Positions 31,008 to 42,027 of a DNA stretch of 64,000 nucleotides are shown one piece after another. Every line of letters begins with the position of its first letter. Positions within the stretch are counted from its first letter, which is position 1. Both the position numbers and the translations under genes were made by a program. Below the pieces are notes generated by a model. The model did not search any database. It was given only the letters and a program-made list of their open reading frames with translations, and was not told the origin of the DNA. The stretch comes from Candidatus Altimarinota bacterium (lineage in GTDB: Bacteria; Patescibacteriota; Gracilibacteria; CAIRYL01; GCA-016699755), in assembly GCA_963664295.1 (NCBI GenBank), contig OY760935.1, forward strand, positions 1,056,001-1,120,000. The letters run 5' to 3'.

Positions 31008-33872
31008 ATGAGCAATAAAAAAACAAATTATACGGTTGCACGCTTTGAAGATCTGGAAAAGAACGAGACCACCATTGAACAACATTCCAGCTTACATAGA
31101 TTTTTAAATCTTAGTTTTGCACTAGTAATAACAGTTTTAACCGTAGGTATAGCTTGGTTTTTTGGGGATAATGCAGTGAGAGATATTGGCTCAAGAATGA
31201 CAATCGAGGTTGATGGAAAAGTTGTTATTACTGATGAGTTTGGCAAAAGCCGAGAAGCTGTGGACAAAATTTTTGTTTATGAAGGCGAAACAATTGAGAC
31301 AGATGAATTTTCTAGTGCATCAATTAAGTTGCCAGATTTGTCAGAATTAAGGCTCGACAATAACTCAAAAATAAAAATCAACAAACAAGATGATTTTTAT
31401 ATCAATAATGGCCATATTTGGCTGTTTAGTGCTGGCAATGTCACAATTGGCGCAGAAAAAGTTAATTTTATCGCCGAAAATACATCTGCTGATTTTTTAA
31501 TCAATGATGTTTATGAGGTCTCTTCTTGGCGACATAATCTTGAAGTTGACTTAACTCTTGATGAAGCAGGCTTGTCAAAATCAATTTTATTGCCAGTTGG
31601 CACCAGGATTATGTTTTCTCCAAAACAATTAAATAGTGATTTTGATTTATTGCGTTTTTCTAAGTTAAAAAAAGAATTAAAACTACACTTTGCGAGCATG
31701 ACTGATTGGGAAAGTATAAACTTGGAAAAAGATCAGGAAAGATTATTAGTTTTTGAAGATGAAGCTTTTTCTATTGATATAAGTGCCAGAGAGCCTTCAG
31801 AAAGCTTCTTTTTTATGAAAATGTTTTTCGCATTTTTTCCAGAAAAAAAACTAAGCCTTGAAAATAATTTTATTAGCAGAGAAATTAATAAAGTTTTTAA
31901 AGAATTGTCAGAAAATAATTTTCAATCGGCAAAAAGATCTATAATAGGGCAAAATTTTTCAGAAAATCAATTAGAAGATATGTGGCTTAAAACAAGGGCT
32001 TTGTCGAGCACAAAGACATTTCTTGAGGCAAAGCACGCAATTCAAGACATATGGCTTAAAAATTTTTCAGACAACAAAGAAGAATTGCAAACAAAATTTT
32101 TAAGATCTTCTTTAGCAATGTTGGAAGATTATACAAAAAATCGTAATGAGCCTTTATTAACAATCGAATTAGATTATTACAAAAATTTATGGAATAAGTT
32201 TGAGGGAGACGATTATTTATCTGAGTTAGATAGTCACAGGGAAGCAGTTTATGCGATTATGAACTACTATGTTGACAGAATAGATTCAAATTTTGTTGCT
32301 TTAGATAATTGGCTTGATGATTTGGCTATAATGAGCGAAGTTGGTCGCGATCAAGATGTATTGCGATTAGAAATCGCTCAAAAAAATCTTTCTTTAGTAG
32401 AAATTTTTATCAATAGTCAGAGGTATTTTTTGGCACAAGAAATAATCGAAGACTCAAAACAAAGACTTGCTATAGAAAAAGTTCCAGAAATTTCCAATGT
32501 TAGTCGTCAAATTGTTGCTAAAGAAGAATTGTTAAATGAAAAACTTGAATTTATAGGTAAAACAGGAGACATGGACGAAGAGCAATTTAGGCAATACTTA
32601 CTAGAAAGACAAAAAGAAGAAGAATTATTAGCAGAATTAAGAGGTGATAGCGAGGATTACTTGGATCAAATGAGTGATGAGGAAAAGTTGGCAAACATTA
32701 AAGAGTTTGTTCGGGAAAGTTTTTCAAAAGAAGGCCTAACTTTAATATCTTATAATCCTGAAGGAAGCTCTGATAATATTTTTGTTATTGATAGAGCTGT
32801 TTTGCCAGACGGAAAAGGCTTTTCAGCTGTTTATAACAGGCAAACAAATGCTTTATCAGACATTATTTTTGATGATGGCACAGAATATACAGTAGGTGTT
32901 AAATTAACACACATTATCTGGCTTTCAGATCAATTATTTGCCGAAGTTGAAGATGGCGGAGAACACGCAGTTGCAGATGAAGACAATGAAAATGACCCTA
33001 CTTATCAACCGATTAGTTCTAATTTGGCAGTTTTATTAAAGAAAAAGGCAAGTAATAAAATGGAAGAATTTTCTATTAAAGTATCAGCAAAAGATTTAGA
33101 AGTAATTTCAACTAATCAGGTTAGCATTAGCAATGCTGTTATGGAAGACGTAGCATACACAGTTTCTTTTGATTTTAATGTTGATAATTCTTATTGTACC
33201 AATATTAAGGTTGGTAATATTGAGATTGATGATGTTGAAATCAAAGATCTTAAAAAAGAGATTATTGGTATTGCAGAGGAAAAAGCAGAAATGGATAGCT
33301 TAATAAAAAGCGTTGAAAGTGCATTTAATTCGCTTGGAATTAGGTTTGAAATTGGTAAAAATGTTTTAATAGATAAACAAAATCTAACTGCTCGTTTTAG
33401 TAAATTAGTCTTTAAATATCAAGAAGAAGAATTTGTTGTCTCAGGTGTTTACGACATTGAAAAATTATCTTTTATTACTATTGCAGAAGAAAATAAAAAA
33501 TTTGAAACCATAAGAAATATAAATATTTTAAAATTTGCTAAATCCATTGAAGATGCTTATCAAACAAAACAAGAGGAAATAAAAGACGAACAAGAGGCAA
33601 GCAAAGAAGAGCAAAAACGCAAAGAAATGCTTAAAAGCTTCAAGGCGCTTTTGGATTTATATGGAACACAGTATGTAGAAGAAAATATTCAAATTTTTCC
33701 TCAAGAAAATAAAATTGTTTTCACAAGGGTTTATTTAGAAAATTATGAAATTTGGATTGCAGGTGAATATGACACAGAAAAAGAAATCCTACTTTATGTC
33801 ACTTCTGCCAACTTTGAGCCAAAAGAAAACATTACTTTTATAGAGCTTGATACTTTTTTGATGCAAAATTAA
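31008..33872 (+). CDS. Large membrane-anchored protein with FecR-like domain
   Basis: TM helix then GETIETD..SSASI.LPD.SELRLDNNS; acidic C-terminal repeated beta modules. Confidence 0.7.
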   Translation: MSNKKTNYTVARFEDLEKNETTIEQHSSLHRFLNLSFALVITVLTVGIAWFFGDNAVRDIGSRMTIEVDGKVVITDEFGKSREAVDKIFVYEGETIETDEFSSASIKLPDLSELRLDNNSKIKINKQDDFYINNGHIWLFSAGNVTIGAEKVNFIAENTSADFLINDVYEVSSWRHNLEVDLTLDEAGLSKSILLPVGTRIMFSPKQLNSDFDLLRFSKLKKELKLHFASMTDWESINLEKDQERLLVFEDEAFSIDISAREPSESFFFMKMFFAFFPEKKLSLENNFISREINKVFKELSENNFQSAKRSIIGQNFSENQLEDMWLKTRALSSTKTFLEAKHAIQDIWLKNFSDNKEELQTKFLRSSLAMLEDYTKNRNEPLLTIELDYYKNLWNKFEGDDYLSELDSHREAVYAIMNYYVDRIDSNFVALDNWLDDLAIMSEVGRDQDVLRLEIAQKNLSLVEIFINSQRYFLAQEIIEDSKQRLAIEKVPEISNVSRQIVAKEELLNEKLEFIGKTGDMDEEQFRQYLLERQKEEELLAELRGDSEDYLDQMSDEEKLANIKEFVRESFSKEGLTLISYNPEGSSDNIFVIDRAVLPDGKGFSAVYNRQTNALSDIIFDDGTEYTVGVKLTHIIWLSDQLFAEVEDGGEHAVADEDNENDPTYQPISSNLAVLLKKKASNKMEEFSIKVSAKDLEVISTNQVSISNAVMEDVAYTVSFDFNVDNSYCTNIKVGNIEIDDVEIKDLKKEIIGIAEEKAEMDSLIKSVESAFNSLGIRFEIGKNVLIDKQNLTARFSKLVFKYQEEEFVVSGVYDIEKLSFITIAEENKKFETIRNINILKFAKSIEDAYQTKQEEIKDEQEASKEEQKRKEMLKSFKALLDLYGTQYVEENIQIFPQENKIVFTRVYLENYEIWIAGEYDTEKEILLYVTSANFEPKENITFIELDTFLMQN

Positions 33873-33875
33873 GTC

Positions 33876-35162
33876 TTAAGTTTGAAAAAGCAAAAGATAA
33901 ACTGCTCCAATAGCAACAGAAATAAGCATGATTGGGAATGCATAAATAAAGTACTTTTTAAAAGTAAGTGGTACTTCATTTTGTTCTGCAATGCCCGCAA
34001 CAACAAGATTACAACTTGCCCCAACAAGAGTTCCACTACCGCCAATACAAGCACCTAAGGCTAGCGACCAAAACAAAGGATCAGTTTGCATGCCTGTTAA
34101 ATCACCAATTTTAAAAATAATTGGTATCATAGCAGTAGCAAAAGGAATATTATCTACAAAAGCAGAGAAAACAGCAGAACCAAAAACAATAGCCATCATC
34201 AAAAGCACCATATTGTTACCAAAAAGATCAACAAGCTTAAGCGCTAAAAAGTCAATTACGCCAGTCACTTCCAGTGCGCCAATGAGTGTAAACAAGCCAA
34301 CAAAAAAGAAAATAATTGACCATTCAACCATCTCAAATGCTTCCCTTGGTTCTTTTTTGGTAATTAACAAAAGCAACATAGCACCGCCAAGTGCAATCAT
34401 GCCATTGTCCATTGTTAATTGTTCATGAAAAATAAAACCAGTAATCACAATAGCCAAAATTCCTAACCCTTGATACATTAGTTTTTTATTTGTTATCCAA
34501 GATTTACCATGAAGATCAGCAAGGCTTTCTTTGGCAGCATTTTTTAAGTCTTTGCGAAAAACAAAAGTAGCTATCCCGGCAGACACAATAGCAATAATCA
34601 ATACAACAGGACCTAAGTTGCTAACAACTTTTGTAAAACTAAAGCCAGCCTTACTAGCAATAATAATATTAGTCATATCTCCAATTGGTGTTGCAGTACC
34701 TCCAATGTTGGATAATAAAATTTCTGTAATGAAAAATGGCAAAGGATTTAGCTTAAACCTATAACAAATTACAAGAAAAATAGGTGTTAAAATCATGACA
34801 GTTGTCACATTGCTTAATAATGCAGTCAAAAACGCAGTAAGTATCATTAACAAAAAGAACAATAATTTCATATTGCCCTTTGTTATTCTTACAAGCTTCA
34901 TGGCAACTTCTGTAAAAATTCCTGATTTTTCAGTAATTCTTACAATAATCATCATGCCAATAATCAAACTTAAGACATTGAAGTCAATAAAATGTAAAAT
35001 TTCGTTCAATTGTCCGTGTCCTTCTGCGCTTGGAAATATTTTGCACAAACCAAGTAAAAAACTTCCCAATAAAACAATAATTGTTTTGTGAATTTTTTCT
35101 TGCACTATAAAAAAATAAGATATAGCAAAGACGCCAACAGCAATAACTATAGGTAAATTCAT
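33876..35162 (-). CDS. ArsB/NhaD family ion transporter
   Basis: SNIGGTATPIGD, FVDNIPF, LALGACIGG..TLVGAS.N. Confidence 0.9.
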   Translation of the reverse strand: MNLPIVIAVGVFAISYFFIVQEKIHKTIIVLLGSFLLGLCKIFPSAEGHGQLNEILHFIDFNVLSLIIGMMIIVRITEKSGIFTEVAMKLVRITKGNMKLLFFLLMILTAFLTALLSNVTTVMILTPIFLVICYRFKLNPLPFFITEILLSNIGGTATPIGDMTNIIIASKAGFSFTKVVSNLGPVVLIIAIVSAGIATFVFRKDLKNAAKESLADLHGKSWITNKKLMYQGLGILAIVITGFIFHEQLTMDNGMIALGGAMLLLLITKKEPREAFEMVEWSIIFFFVGLFTLIGALEVTGVIDFLALKLVDLFGNNMVLLMMAIVFGSAVFSAFVDNIPFATAMIPIIFKIGDLTGMQTDPLFWSLALGACIGGSGTLVGASCNLVVAGIAEQNEVPLTFKKYFIYAFPIMLISVAIGAVYLLLFQT

Positions 35163-35167
35163 ATTAT

Positions 35168-35623
35168 TTAAGTTAAAATTTTAAGTTCTTTAGCAATCAA
35201 CTCTCTCAAAATACTTCTATTAACAACGCCAATAAGTTGATTATTTTCATTTACAACTGGTATGCGATAATGCTCTGTTTGTAGTGAATTTGCTGCAATT
35301 TCAATTAGTTTTGTGTCTAAATATACTTTTGGTGGCTCCTGAAGCATAAAATCTTTTGCCTTTAAGTCTCTTTTTTTATTCACACGCTCCAAAAAAAGCC
35401 CTACGCTTGTTGCTCGGGCTAATTCTGGTTTTTCTTTTAATGAATTTGGCACTATTGCTTTGAGGATTTCAAAAATAGTGACTAAGCCTAAAAGATGATT
35501 ATTATCATCAACTATAAAAATACCATTAGTTTTTTCTTCAGTAGAAAGCTTAACTAAATCATAAACACTTGCCTCAGGAGAAGCCTTAGCAAAATTTTTA
35601 AGGTAAATATCTTTAACGAGCAT
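35168..35623 (-). CDS. CBS-domain protein
   Basis: Two CBS motifs (IVDD..LLGLV, IPVVNE..LIGVV), upstream of transporter. Confidence 0.88.
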   Translation of the reverse strand: MLVKDIYLKNFAKASPEASVYDLVKLSTEEKTNGIFIVDDNNHLLGLVTIFEILKAIVPNSLKEKPELARATSVGLFLERVNKKRDLKAKDFMLQEPPKVYLDTKLIEIAANSLQTEHYRIPVVNENNQLIGVVNRSILRELIAKELKILT

Positions 35624-35677
35624 ACTTTTTTGGGAAAAACGTACGCATTTTCCGCCTCTTATTTTGAATTGTCAATC

Positions 35678-36703
35678 TTAATTATCAGCTTTCCTTAATT
35701 CTTCGATTACTTTATCTAAATTGCCAGCTAAAAAATCTTTTAAGCCAAAAAAATTCTTTTTAATTCTGTGGTCTGTAAGTCTATCCTGGGGAAAATTCCA
35801 GGTGCGAATTTTTTCACTTCTATCACCTGAACGAATTTTGCTTCTTCTCTCTTCACCTTGTTCCTGTAATTCTTCTTCTTTTTTCTTTTCAATAATTCTA
35901 GATATAAGAATACTCATTGCTCGTTCTTTGTTTTTGTGTTGGGATTTTTCATCCTGACAAGAAACAGTAATACCAGTAGGGATATGAGTTAAACGCACAG
36001 CAGAGTCAGTTGTGTTCACGCTTTGTCCCCCAGGCCCAGAAGAGCGAAAAGTTTCCATTTTAATATCATTCGCAGGTATTTCTAGCTCATCTTCATCGTG
36101 CTCAGGATAAATAAAAACAGTAGCAGCAGAAGTATGCAGTCTGCCTTTTGATTCTGTTTTGGGTATTCTTTGTACTCTGTGCACCCCGCTTTCAAATTTT
36201 AATTGCCCATAAACATCATTGCCTCTCATTGCAAAAGAGATATCTTTTATTCCTCCATCTTCAGTTTCGTTTTTATCAAAAATTTCTGTAGAAAATCCTT
36301 TATTTTCAGCAAATTTAAAATACATGCGAGTTAGGTCGCCAGCAAAAAGAGCTGCCTCATCACCTCCTGTGCCAGCACGAATTTCTATTATTACATCTTT
36401 GCTGTCATCAGGATTTTTTGGGTTCAATAAATCATATATTTCGTTTTCTAATTTTTCATTTTCTTCCTCTAGTATGCCTATTTCCTCTTTTGCTAAATCA
36501 CCAAGCTCTTTATCTTTTAATAAGCTTTGATTTTCTTCAATTCTTTTTTGGTTTTCGAGATGTTTTGTGATTTTTTGATATGGTTCTTGTATCAATGAAA
36601 GGCGCTTGGAAAGTTTTTGCAGTTTCTGTGACTCCATGGGAGTTTGCAAATCTTTCTCAAGCGCCTCGTACTCTTCTATAACTCTTTTCCAGTTTTCTTG
36701 CAT
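35678..36703 (-). CDS. prfA: Peptide chain release factor 1
   Basis: EIRAGTGGDEA, PKT (PxT) specificity motif, GGQ. Confidence 0.95.
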   Translation of the reverse strand: MQENWKRVIEEYEALEKDLQTPMESQKLQKLSKRLSLIQEPYQKITKHLENQKRIEENQSLLKDKELGDLAKEEIGILEEENEKLENEIYDLLNPKNPDDSKDVIIEIRAGTGGDEAALFAGDLTRMYFKFAENKGFSTEIFDKNETEDGGIKDISFAMRGNDVYGQLKFESGVHRVQRIPKTESKGRLHTSAATVFIYPEHDEDELEIPANDIKMETFRSSGPGGQSVNTTDSAVRLTHIPTGITVSCQDEKSQHKNKERAMSILISRIIEKKKEEELQEQGEERRSKIRSGDRSEKIRTWNFPQDRLTDHRIKKNFFGLKDFLAGNLDKVIEELRKADN

Positions 36704-36706
36704 ATT

Positions 36707-37588
36707 TTATTTAGTTTTTAGGAATGCTTTTTTGCCACCGCATTTTTGCCAAAGAATAGCAAATGAACCGCCTGATAATAATACACCAATAAGACCAATT
36801 CTAATATCATTTTTAGAAAAATTAGTGCCATGGATTAAGTCTGACAATAATTCATGTGTAATCAAGCCAATAATTATTACGCCTACAGCAATTACAGTTG
36901 CCATTAAAATTGTGTGCAAAATATTGTAAGTTGGAGATTTTATTTGAGGCATAAATCTTTTTTTCTTCATAAAAGAAGGACAAAGAACAATAAAAAGTAA
37001 TAAATATGGAATTAATAATGAAAAGAAATTAACAACAAAATCTTTAAAGTCACCCATTTTATTATCAGCTAAAGGAATAAGGGATAACAAAAAGTCACCA
37101 GTTATGTAGCCTAAAACAATGCCAATACCAAGAAAAAGGCCAGCAAGTTTTATGTGGAACAATTGAGAAACAAAAAGGGTAGGAGATTTTTTTTCATCTT
37201 TTTCAGTATCAAAAATAGTTCCTTTGAAATATTTTTTCATCACCCAAACTAATTTAGCGCCAATAAGAATAAGAACAATTTGTAGTCTTAATGCTGGCAT
37301 ACTCCAAGTAAAGTCAGCAGTTTTGTCATTAGAAAAATCAGCCATCATATACATGGGTGCTTTATATAAACCAAAGCTACTTAAAAGCTGGTCTAAAAAC
37401 CCAGCAATGCCAAAAATAAGCATAATTAAGGCAATAATCCAAATAAACATTGAAAAAATTGAGGAAAGTATTCTATTTGGAGCGGGTGCTAATAAATACA
37501 AGGCTAAAACAGGTAAGTAGGCCAGAGACACAAGCGCAAGAAGCATCATGCCACCTGAGAACACTAAGTCATACATAAAGTAGCTCAT
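36707..37588 (-). CDS. Hypothetical polytopic membrane protein
   Basis: About 7 hydrophobic segments; start moved to ATG 37588 to avoid secA overlap. Confidence 0.7.
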   Translation of the reverse strand: MSYFMYDLVFSGGMMLLALVSLAYLPVLALYLLAPAPNRILSSIFSMFIWIIALIMLIFGIAGFLDQLLSSFGLYKAPMYMMADFSNDKTADFTWSMPALRLQIVLILIGAKLVWVMKKYFKGTIFDTEKDEKKSPTLFVSQLFHIKLAGLFLGIGIVLGYITGDFLLSLIPLADNKMGDFKDFVVNFFSLLIPYLLLFIVLCPSFMKKKRFMPQIKSPTYNILHTILMATVIAVGVIIIGLITHELLSDLIHGTNFSKNDIRIGLIGVLLSGGSFAILWQKCGGKKAFLKTK

Positions 37589-37653
37589 AGGTTTTGAAAA
37601 AAAGTGAAAATTCAAAATAAAATTAGCACATTGGCAAAAACTTAACAAATTAT

Positions 37654-40257
37654 CTAAAAATTTTTGCCACAGCATTTTTTAAACTTTTTACCACTTCCAC
37701 AAGGACAAGGGTCGTTTCTGCCCACTCCTTCAGCTTCTGTCTTTTTAATTGTGCCAGCTACTTTGGTTTTTTTAGGTGCAAAATTTCTTCTACCAGATTG
37801 TTCAATTTCGTCTGTATTTGTGCTCAATTTTTGAGCTACTTCTTTGATTGGAGCAATCCTTTCGATTGTAATTTTTACTCTATAAAGTGCATTTATTGTT
37901 TGATTTTCTATATCGCTCAATAGTTGTTTAAATTTTTGATAACCCTCGCTTTTATATTCTGTTAATGGATCTCTTTGTGCATATCCCCTGAGTGAAACTA
38001 TTTCTCTTAAGTGTGACATTGTGTTGATGTGTTCTGGCCAGAGAGTGTCAATTGCGCGTAAATACATATGGCGCTCTACATCTGCAAATCTTTCAGGGTC
38101 TGGCAACTCTGCTTTTTTTTCTTCCAATGCCTCTATTAGGTAATTTTTAACAAATTCTTCAATTTTTTGTGGTTTATCTAGTTTTTCTAATTCTTCGGGG
38201 CTAAGTTTTTCCGGATTATTATGAATAGCACTAATTGTTTCATATATTTCTTTTTTATTCCATTCGTGTGGCTTGCCTGTTGTGTTGAAAATCACTGTAT
38301 CGTGAGCAATATTGTTGACCATTTCCAATATTTCTTCATGTAAGTTTTCATTTTTAAGAATTTTTAATCTTCGTTTGCCAATAATTTCACGATGTCTATT
38401 GGTGACATCATCAAAATCAACTAAGTGTTTTCTGATGTCAAAATTTCTACCTTCTACTTTTTTTTGTGCACTTTCAATAGCGCCAGAGACCATTTTGCTT
38501 TCAATAGGCATATCATCAGGCACCTTAAGGGTGTTCATAATTCCCTGAAGTCTGTCTGAGCCGAAAAGACGCATTAAAGGATCAGTAAGTGCAACATAAA
38601 ATTGAGTTTCACCAGGATCGCCCTGACGACCAGCACGACCTCTAAGCTGATTATCTATTCTTCGTGATTCATGTCGCTCTGAGCCAAGAATACAAAGTCC
38701 GCCAAGATTTTTGACTTCATCTGTTAGCTTGATATCCGTACCGCGACCTGCCATATTAGTAGCAATTGTCACGGCGCCTTTTTGTCCTGCTTGAGACACT
38801 ATTTCCGCTTCCTTTTGGTGATGTTTTGCATTCAAAACAGCATGAGGAACGCCCTCTCTTTTTAATATATCTGATAATGTTTCAGATTTTTCTATTGAAA
38901 TTGTGCCAATTAGTATAGGTTGCCCTTTTTCATGTTTTTCTTTGACTATTTTTGCAATTGCTTGAAATTTTCCTCTTTCGTTCTTAAAAACCAGATCTTT
39001 TTTGTCTTCTCTGGCAATTGGTTTGTGAGTTGGAATTGGTAAAACTTCAAGATTATATATTTTTGCAAATTCTTCTGCTTCTGTGAGTGCAGTACCTGTC
39101 ATGCCAGCAAGTTTTGTGTATATACGGAAATAATTTTGAAAAGTAATTGTTGCCATTGTTTTGCTTTCTCTTTTTATTTCCACTCCTTCTTTTGCTTCAA
39201 TGGCTTGATGAAGACCTTCTGAATATCTTCTGCCTGGCATTAGCCTGCCTGTAAATTCATCAACAATCACAACTTCGCCTTCTTCACTAACCACATAATC
39301 TTTATCTTTTTCATAACAAGTTTTTGCTTTTAATGCTTGTTCAATATGACGCACTTCAATAAGCCCTGCATCAACGTAAATATTTTCTACTCCCAGTATT
39401 TCTTCCATTTTTTTAATACCTTCCTCAGAGAGCACAGCAGTTTTTTGTTTTTCATCAATATTATAATGCACATTTTCTTCCAATTGGTTAATAAGCTGAG
39501 CATAACGCATGTATTTTGATGTCACTTCTTCTGCAGGAGCAGAAATAATTAGCGGAGTTCTAGCTTCATCAATCAAAATTGAGTCTACTTCATCAACAAT
39601 CGCATAATGCAAATCTCTTTGAACCATTTGTTCAAGGCTGTGAACCATGCTGTCACGCAGAAAATCAAAACCAAATTCATTATTGGTTCCATAAGTAATA
39701 TCAGAGTTATAAGCTTCTTTTCTGTCTTCACTACTAAGATCATGAATAATTACACCCACGCTAAGGCCTAAAAATTCATACAAAGGTTTCATCCATTCAG
39801 CATCTCTTTTTGCTAAATAATCATTCACAGTCACCACATGGACACCTTTTTCTTCTAGTGCATTTAGATAAACCGGCATAGTTGCCACCAAGGTTTTACC
39901 TTCACCAGTTTTCATTTCAGAGATTTTACCTTGATGAAGAGTAATGCCACCAATTATTTGCACATCATAAGGTACCATTTCCCATGTTTGTTCTTTTCCA
40001 AGAATATTAAATTTTTTGCCAAGCAACCTACGACAGGCATTTTTAACTACAGCAAAAGCCTCTGGCAAGATTTCATCACTTGTTTTGCCATTTTTAAGTT
40101 TTTCTTTTAATTCATTAGTTTTATTTTTTAGCTCTTCATCACTTAAATTTTGTAATTTTTTTTCTATTTCATTAATTTCCTCAACTTGTTTGCGGATTAT
40201 ATTTAACTCTTTTTCAACAGGGTCGCCAAATACTTTGTTAATTATCTTTGAAAACAC
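37654..40257 (-). CDS. secA: Preprotein translocase ATPase SecA
   Basis: MKTGEGKT, DEVDSILIDEARTPLIIS, NMAGRGTDI, SEC-C GRNDPCPCGSGKKFKKC. Confidence 0.98.
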   Translation of the reverse strand: MFSKIINKVFGDPVEKELNIIRKQVEEINEIEKKLQNLSDEELKNKTNELKEKLKNGKTSDEILPEAFAVVKNACRRLLGKKFNILGKEQTWEMVPYDVQIIGGITLHQGKISEMKTGEGKTLVATMPVYLNALEEKGVHVVTVNDYLAKRDAEWMKPLYEFLGLSVGVIIHDLSSEDRKEAYNSDITYGTNNEFGFDFLRDSMVHSLEQMVQRDLHYAIVDEVDSILIDEARTPLIISAPAEEVTSKYMRYAQLINQLEENVHYNIDEKQKTAVLSEEGIKKMEEILGVENIYVDAGLIEVRHIEQALKAKTCYEKDKDYVVSEEGEVVIVDEFTGRLMPGRRYSEGLHQAIEAKEGVEIKRESKTMATITFQNYFRIYTKLAGMTGTALTEAEEFAKIYNLEVLPIPTHKPIAREDKKDLVFKNERGKFQAIAKIVKEKHEKGQPILIGTISIEKSETLSDILKREGVPHAVLNAKHHQKEAEIVSQAGQKGAVTIATNMAGRGTDIKLTDEVKNLGGLCILGSERHESRRIDNQLRGRAGRQGDPGETQFYVALTDPLMRLFGSDRLQGIMNTLKVPDDMPIESKMVSGAIESAQKKVEGRNFDIRKHLVDFDDVTNRHREIIGKRRLKILKNENLHEEILEMVNNIAHDTVIFNTTGKPHEWNKKEIYETISAIHNNPEKLSPEELEKLDKPQKIEEFVKNYLIEALEEKKAELPDPERFADVERHMYLRAIDTLWPEHINTMSHLREIVSLRGYAQRDPLTEYKSEGYQKFKQLLSDIENQTINALYRVKITIERIAPIKEVAQKLSTNTDEIEQSGRRNFAPKKTKVAGTIKKTEAEGVGRNDPCPCGSGKKFKKCCGKNF

Positions 40258-40372
40258 GGTTTTTAATAAAAATCAAAAGCCATTCTGCCATTAAATTATA
40301 AAAAATTAAATCTTTTTATATTTACCAAAATCCAACTTTTGAGCTAAAATCATTAAGAATTATTAAAAAAAA

Positions 40373-41227
40373 GTGAGTTTTGACGCAATTTCCATTGGCC
40401 CATTCTTAATCTCAACTGGCGGAGTGGTGCTTTTGGTTGGTATTTTACTTGCTACCAAGCTCCTTCTTGAGACTGCTCGTAAAAAAGAATTATCAATCAA
40501 TTTTTTAAGTAAAAATTTATTTTGGTTTTTGTTAATAGCTTTAATCTCCGGAAGAGTGGGTATGATGATCACAAGCTCCTCTAGCCTTTCTTTGGCCATG
40601 GAAAATGCTGATTTTTTTGAAAAAATATTAATTTTCATCAAGCATTTTTTGTATTTTTGGCAGGGCGGGTTCGATTATACTTGGTTGATTATTGGATTTA
40701 TGGTTGCCCTTATTCTTTTTGCATATATAAAAAAACAAGCTCTTAGAAAATGGCTTGATGCATTTGTTTTGCCAGCATTACTTGTTGCAATTTTTATTCA
40801 TCTTGGTGGGTTTTTGAGTGGTTGGGGCTATGGCAAGCCTGTTGGCGAAAATTTTCCTGATTGGCTAGCAATAAAATACAATCTTCCTTCTGTTCGCTTT
40901 GCTGGAGAGATTTATCCTGTGCAGATTTATGGCGCTATTTTGTTTGGTTTATTGTTTTATTTTGGTAATAGATTATGGCAAAAATCTTTTTATAGGCGTA
41001 GGCACTGGAAAGGTGGTACTTATTTTGCAATTATGACTATTTTTGCGTCCTTGGCTAATGTTTTTTTGGAATTTTTTAGAGGAAACCCAGCAACACAAAT
41101 AGGTGTTTTTCGTTTTCCGCAGTTGCTTAGCTTATTGCTTGCTGTTGGCGCTTTAATTTTTTTGGTAATCAACACCCATGAAAGAAAAATAAAAGCCAAA
41201 GCAGACAAAAAAGAAGATATTAAATAA
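40373..41227 (+). CDS. lgt: Divergent prolipoprotein diacylglyceryl transferase (Lgt-like)
   Basis: AISIGPF, WQGG, G.P, YPVQIY, EFFRG, Q.LS layout; several catalytic residues substituted. Confidence 0.7.
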   Translation: MSFDAISIGPFLISTGGVVLLVGILLATKLLLETARKKELSINFLSKNLFWFLLIALISGRVGMMITSSSSLSLAMENADFFEKILIFIKHFLYFWQGGFDYTWLIIGFMVALILFAYIKKQALRKWLDAFVLPALLVAIFIHLGGFLSGWGYGKPVGENFPDWLAIKYNLPSVRFAGEIYPVQIYGAILFGLLFYFGNRLWQKSFYRRRHWKGGTYFAIMTIFASLANVFLEFFRGNPATQIGVFRFPQLLSLLLAVGALIFLVINTHERKIKAKADKKEDIK

Positions 41228-41231
41228 AATA

Positions 41232-41651
41232 ATGTTTTTTGAAAATTTAGATTTTAATACTTGGCTTAAAATAGGCCTATTCACAGGAGGTTTTTTACAT
41301 TTTTTTGTAGTTGTTTGGGTTGCAAAAGATATTTTTCATCGCTCGAAAAGTATTATTTTTCAAATTATTAGTTTAATTATAGTTTTTTTTCTCCCTCTTT
41401 ATGGGCTTTTGCTTTATATTCTCATTCGCCCTTATGACACAATTAGTGAAAAAACAATAAAAAACCTTTATTTATATATGAAATTATTTGAGTGCTCTGA
41501 ATGTGGCGCTTTTAATAAAGATGAATTTAAATATTGTCACTCTTGTGGAGCAGATCTAAAAAAACAAAAAAAGTGTTCTGCTTGCAAAAAAAATTATAAC
41601 TATTATTTTAATTACTGTCCTTTTTGTAAACAAAAAAATGGAAATGATTAA
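41232..41651 (+). CDS. Membrane protein with double zinc ribbon
   Basis: WVAKDI..R...GLLLYILIRP then four CxxC pairs. Confidence 0.85.
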   Translation: MFFENLDFNTWLKIGLFTGGFLHFFVVVWVAKDIFHRSKSIIFQIISLIIVFFLPLYGLLLYILIRPYDTISEKTIKNLYLYMKLFECSECGAFNKDEFKYCHSCGADLKKQKKCSACKKNYNYYFNYCPFCKQKNGND

Positions 41652-42027
41652 ATTTCACTTATTTAGACTTTTTCAAAAAGTCCCTGGTAGCAGTTTGTCC
41701 AATGAAATCATTATTGGCTTAGTTGCCTTTGGAATTATTTTATTACTTGCTTCTTTTTTGCTTAAAATTTGGCGCAAAAATACTAAAAATAAAACTTGTA
41801 AAAAATATATTAGGGAATATCCAAGAGGACTTTTTTGGTTTGGACTGATTTCTTTGGTTTTAGTTTGGTTTAGGCTAGAAAGCGTGCCAGTTTTTTCTAT
41901 GAGACTTTGGTGGCTTGTTTATTGGATTTCTTTTGCTATTTGGGCTTATTCAAAAATTAAAAAAACAATAAAGCTCAAAAAAAGACTTACTAGATCTATG
42001 TCAAACAATGAATCAGGTAAAGTTTAA
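41638..42027 (+). CDS. Hypothetical membrane protein
   Basis: Three TM segments, FR.E.VP.FSMR.W motif. Confidence 0.7.
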   Translation: MEMIKFHLFRLFQKVPGSSLSNEIIIGLVAFGIILLLASFLLKIWRKNTKNKTCKKYIREYPRGLFWFGLISLVLVWFRLESVPVFSMRLWWLVYWISFAIWAYSKIKKTIKLKKRLTRSMSNNESGKV

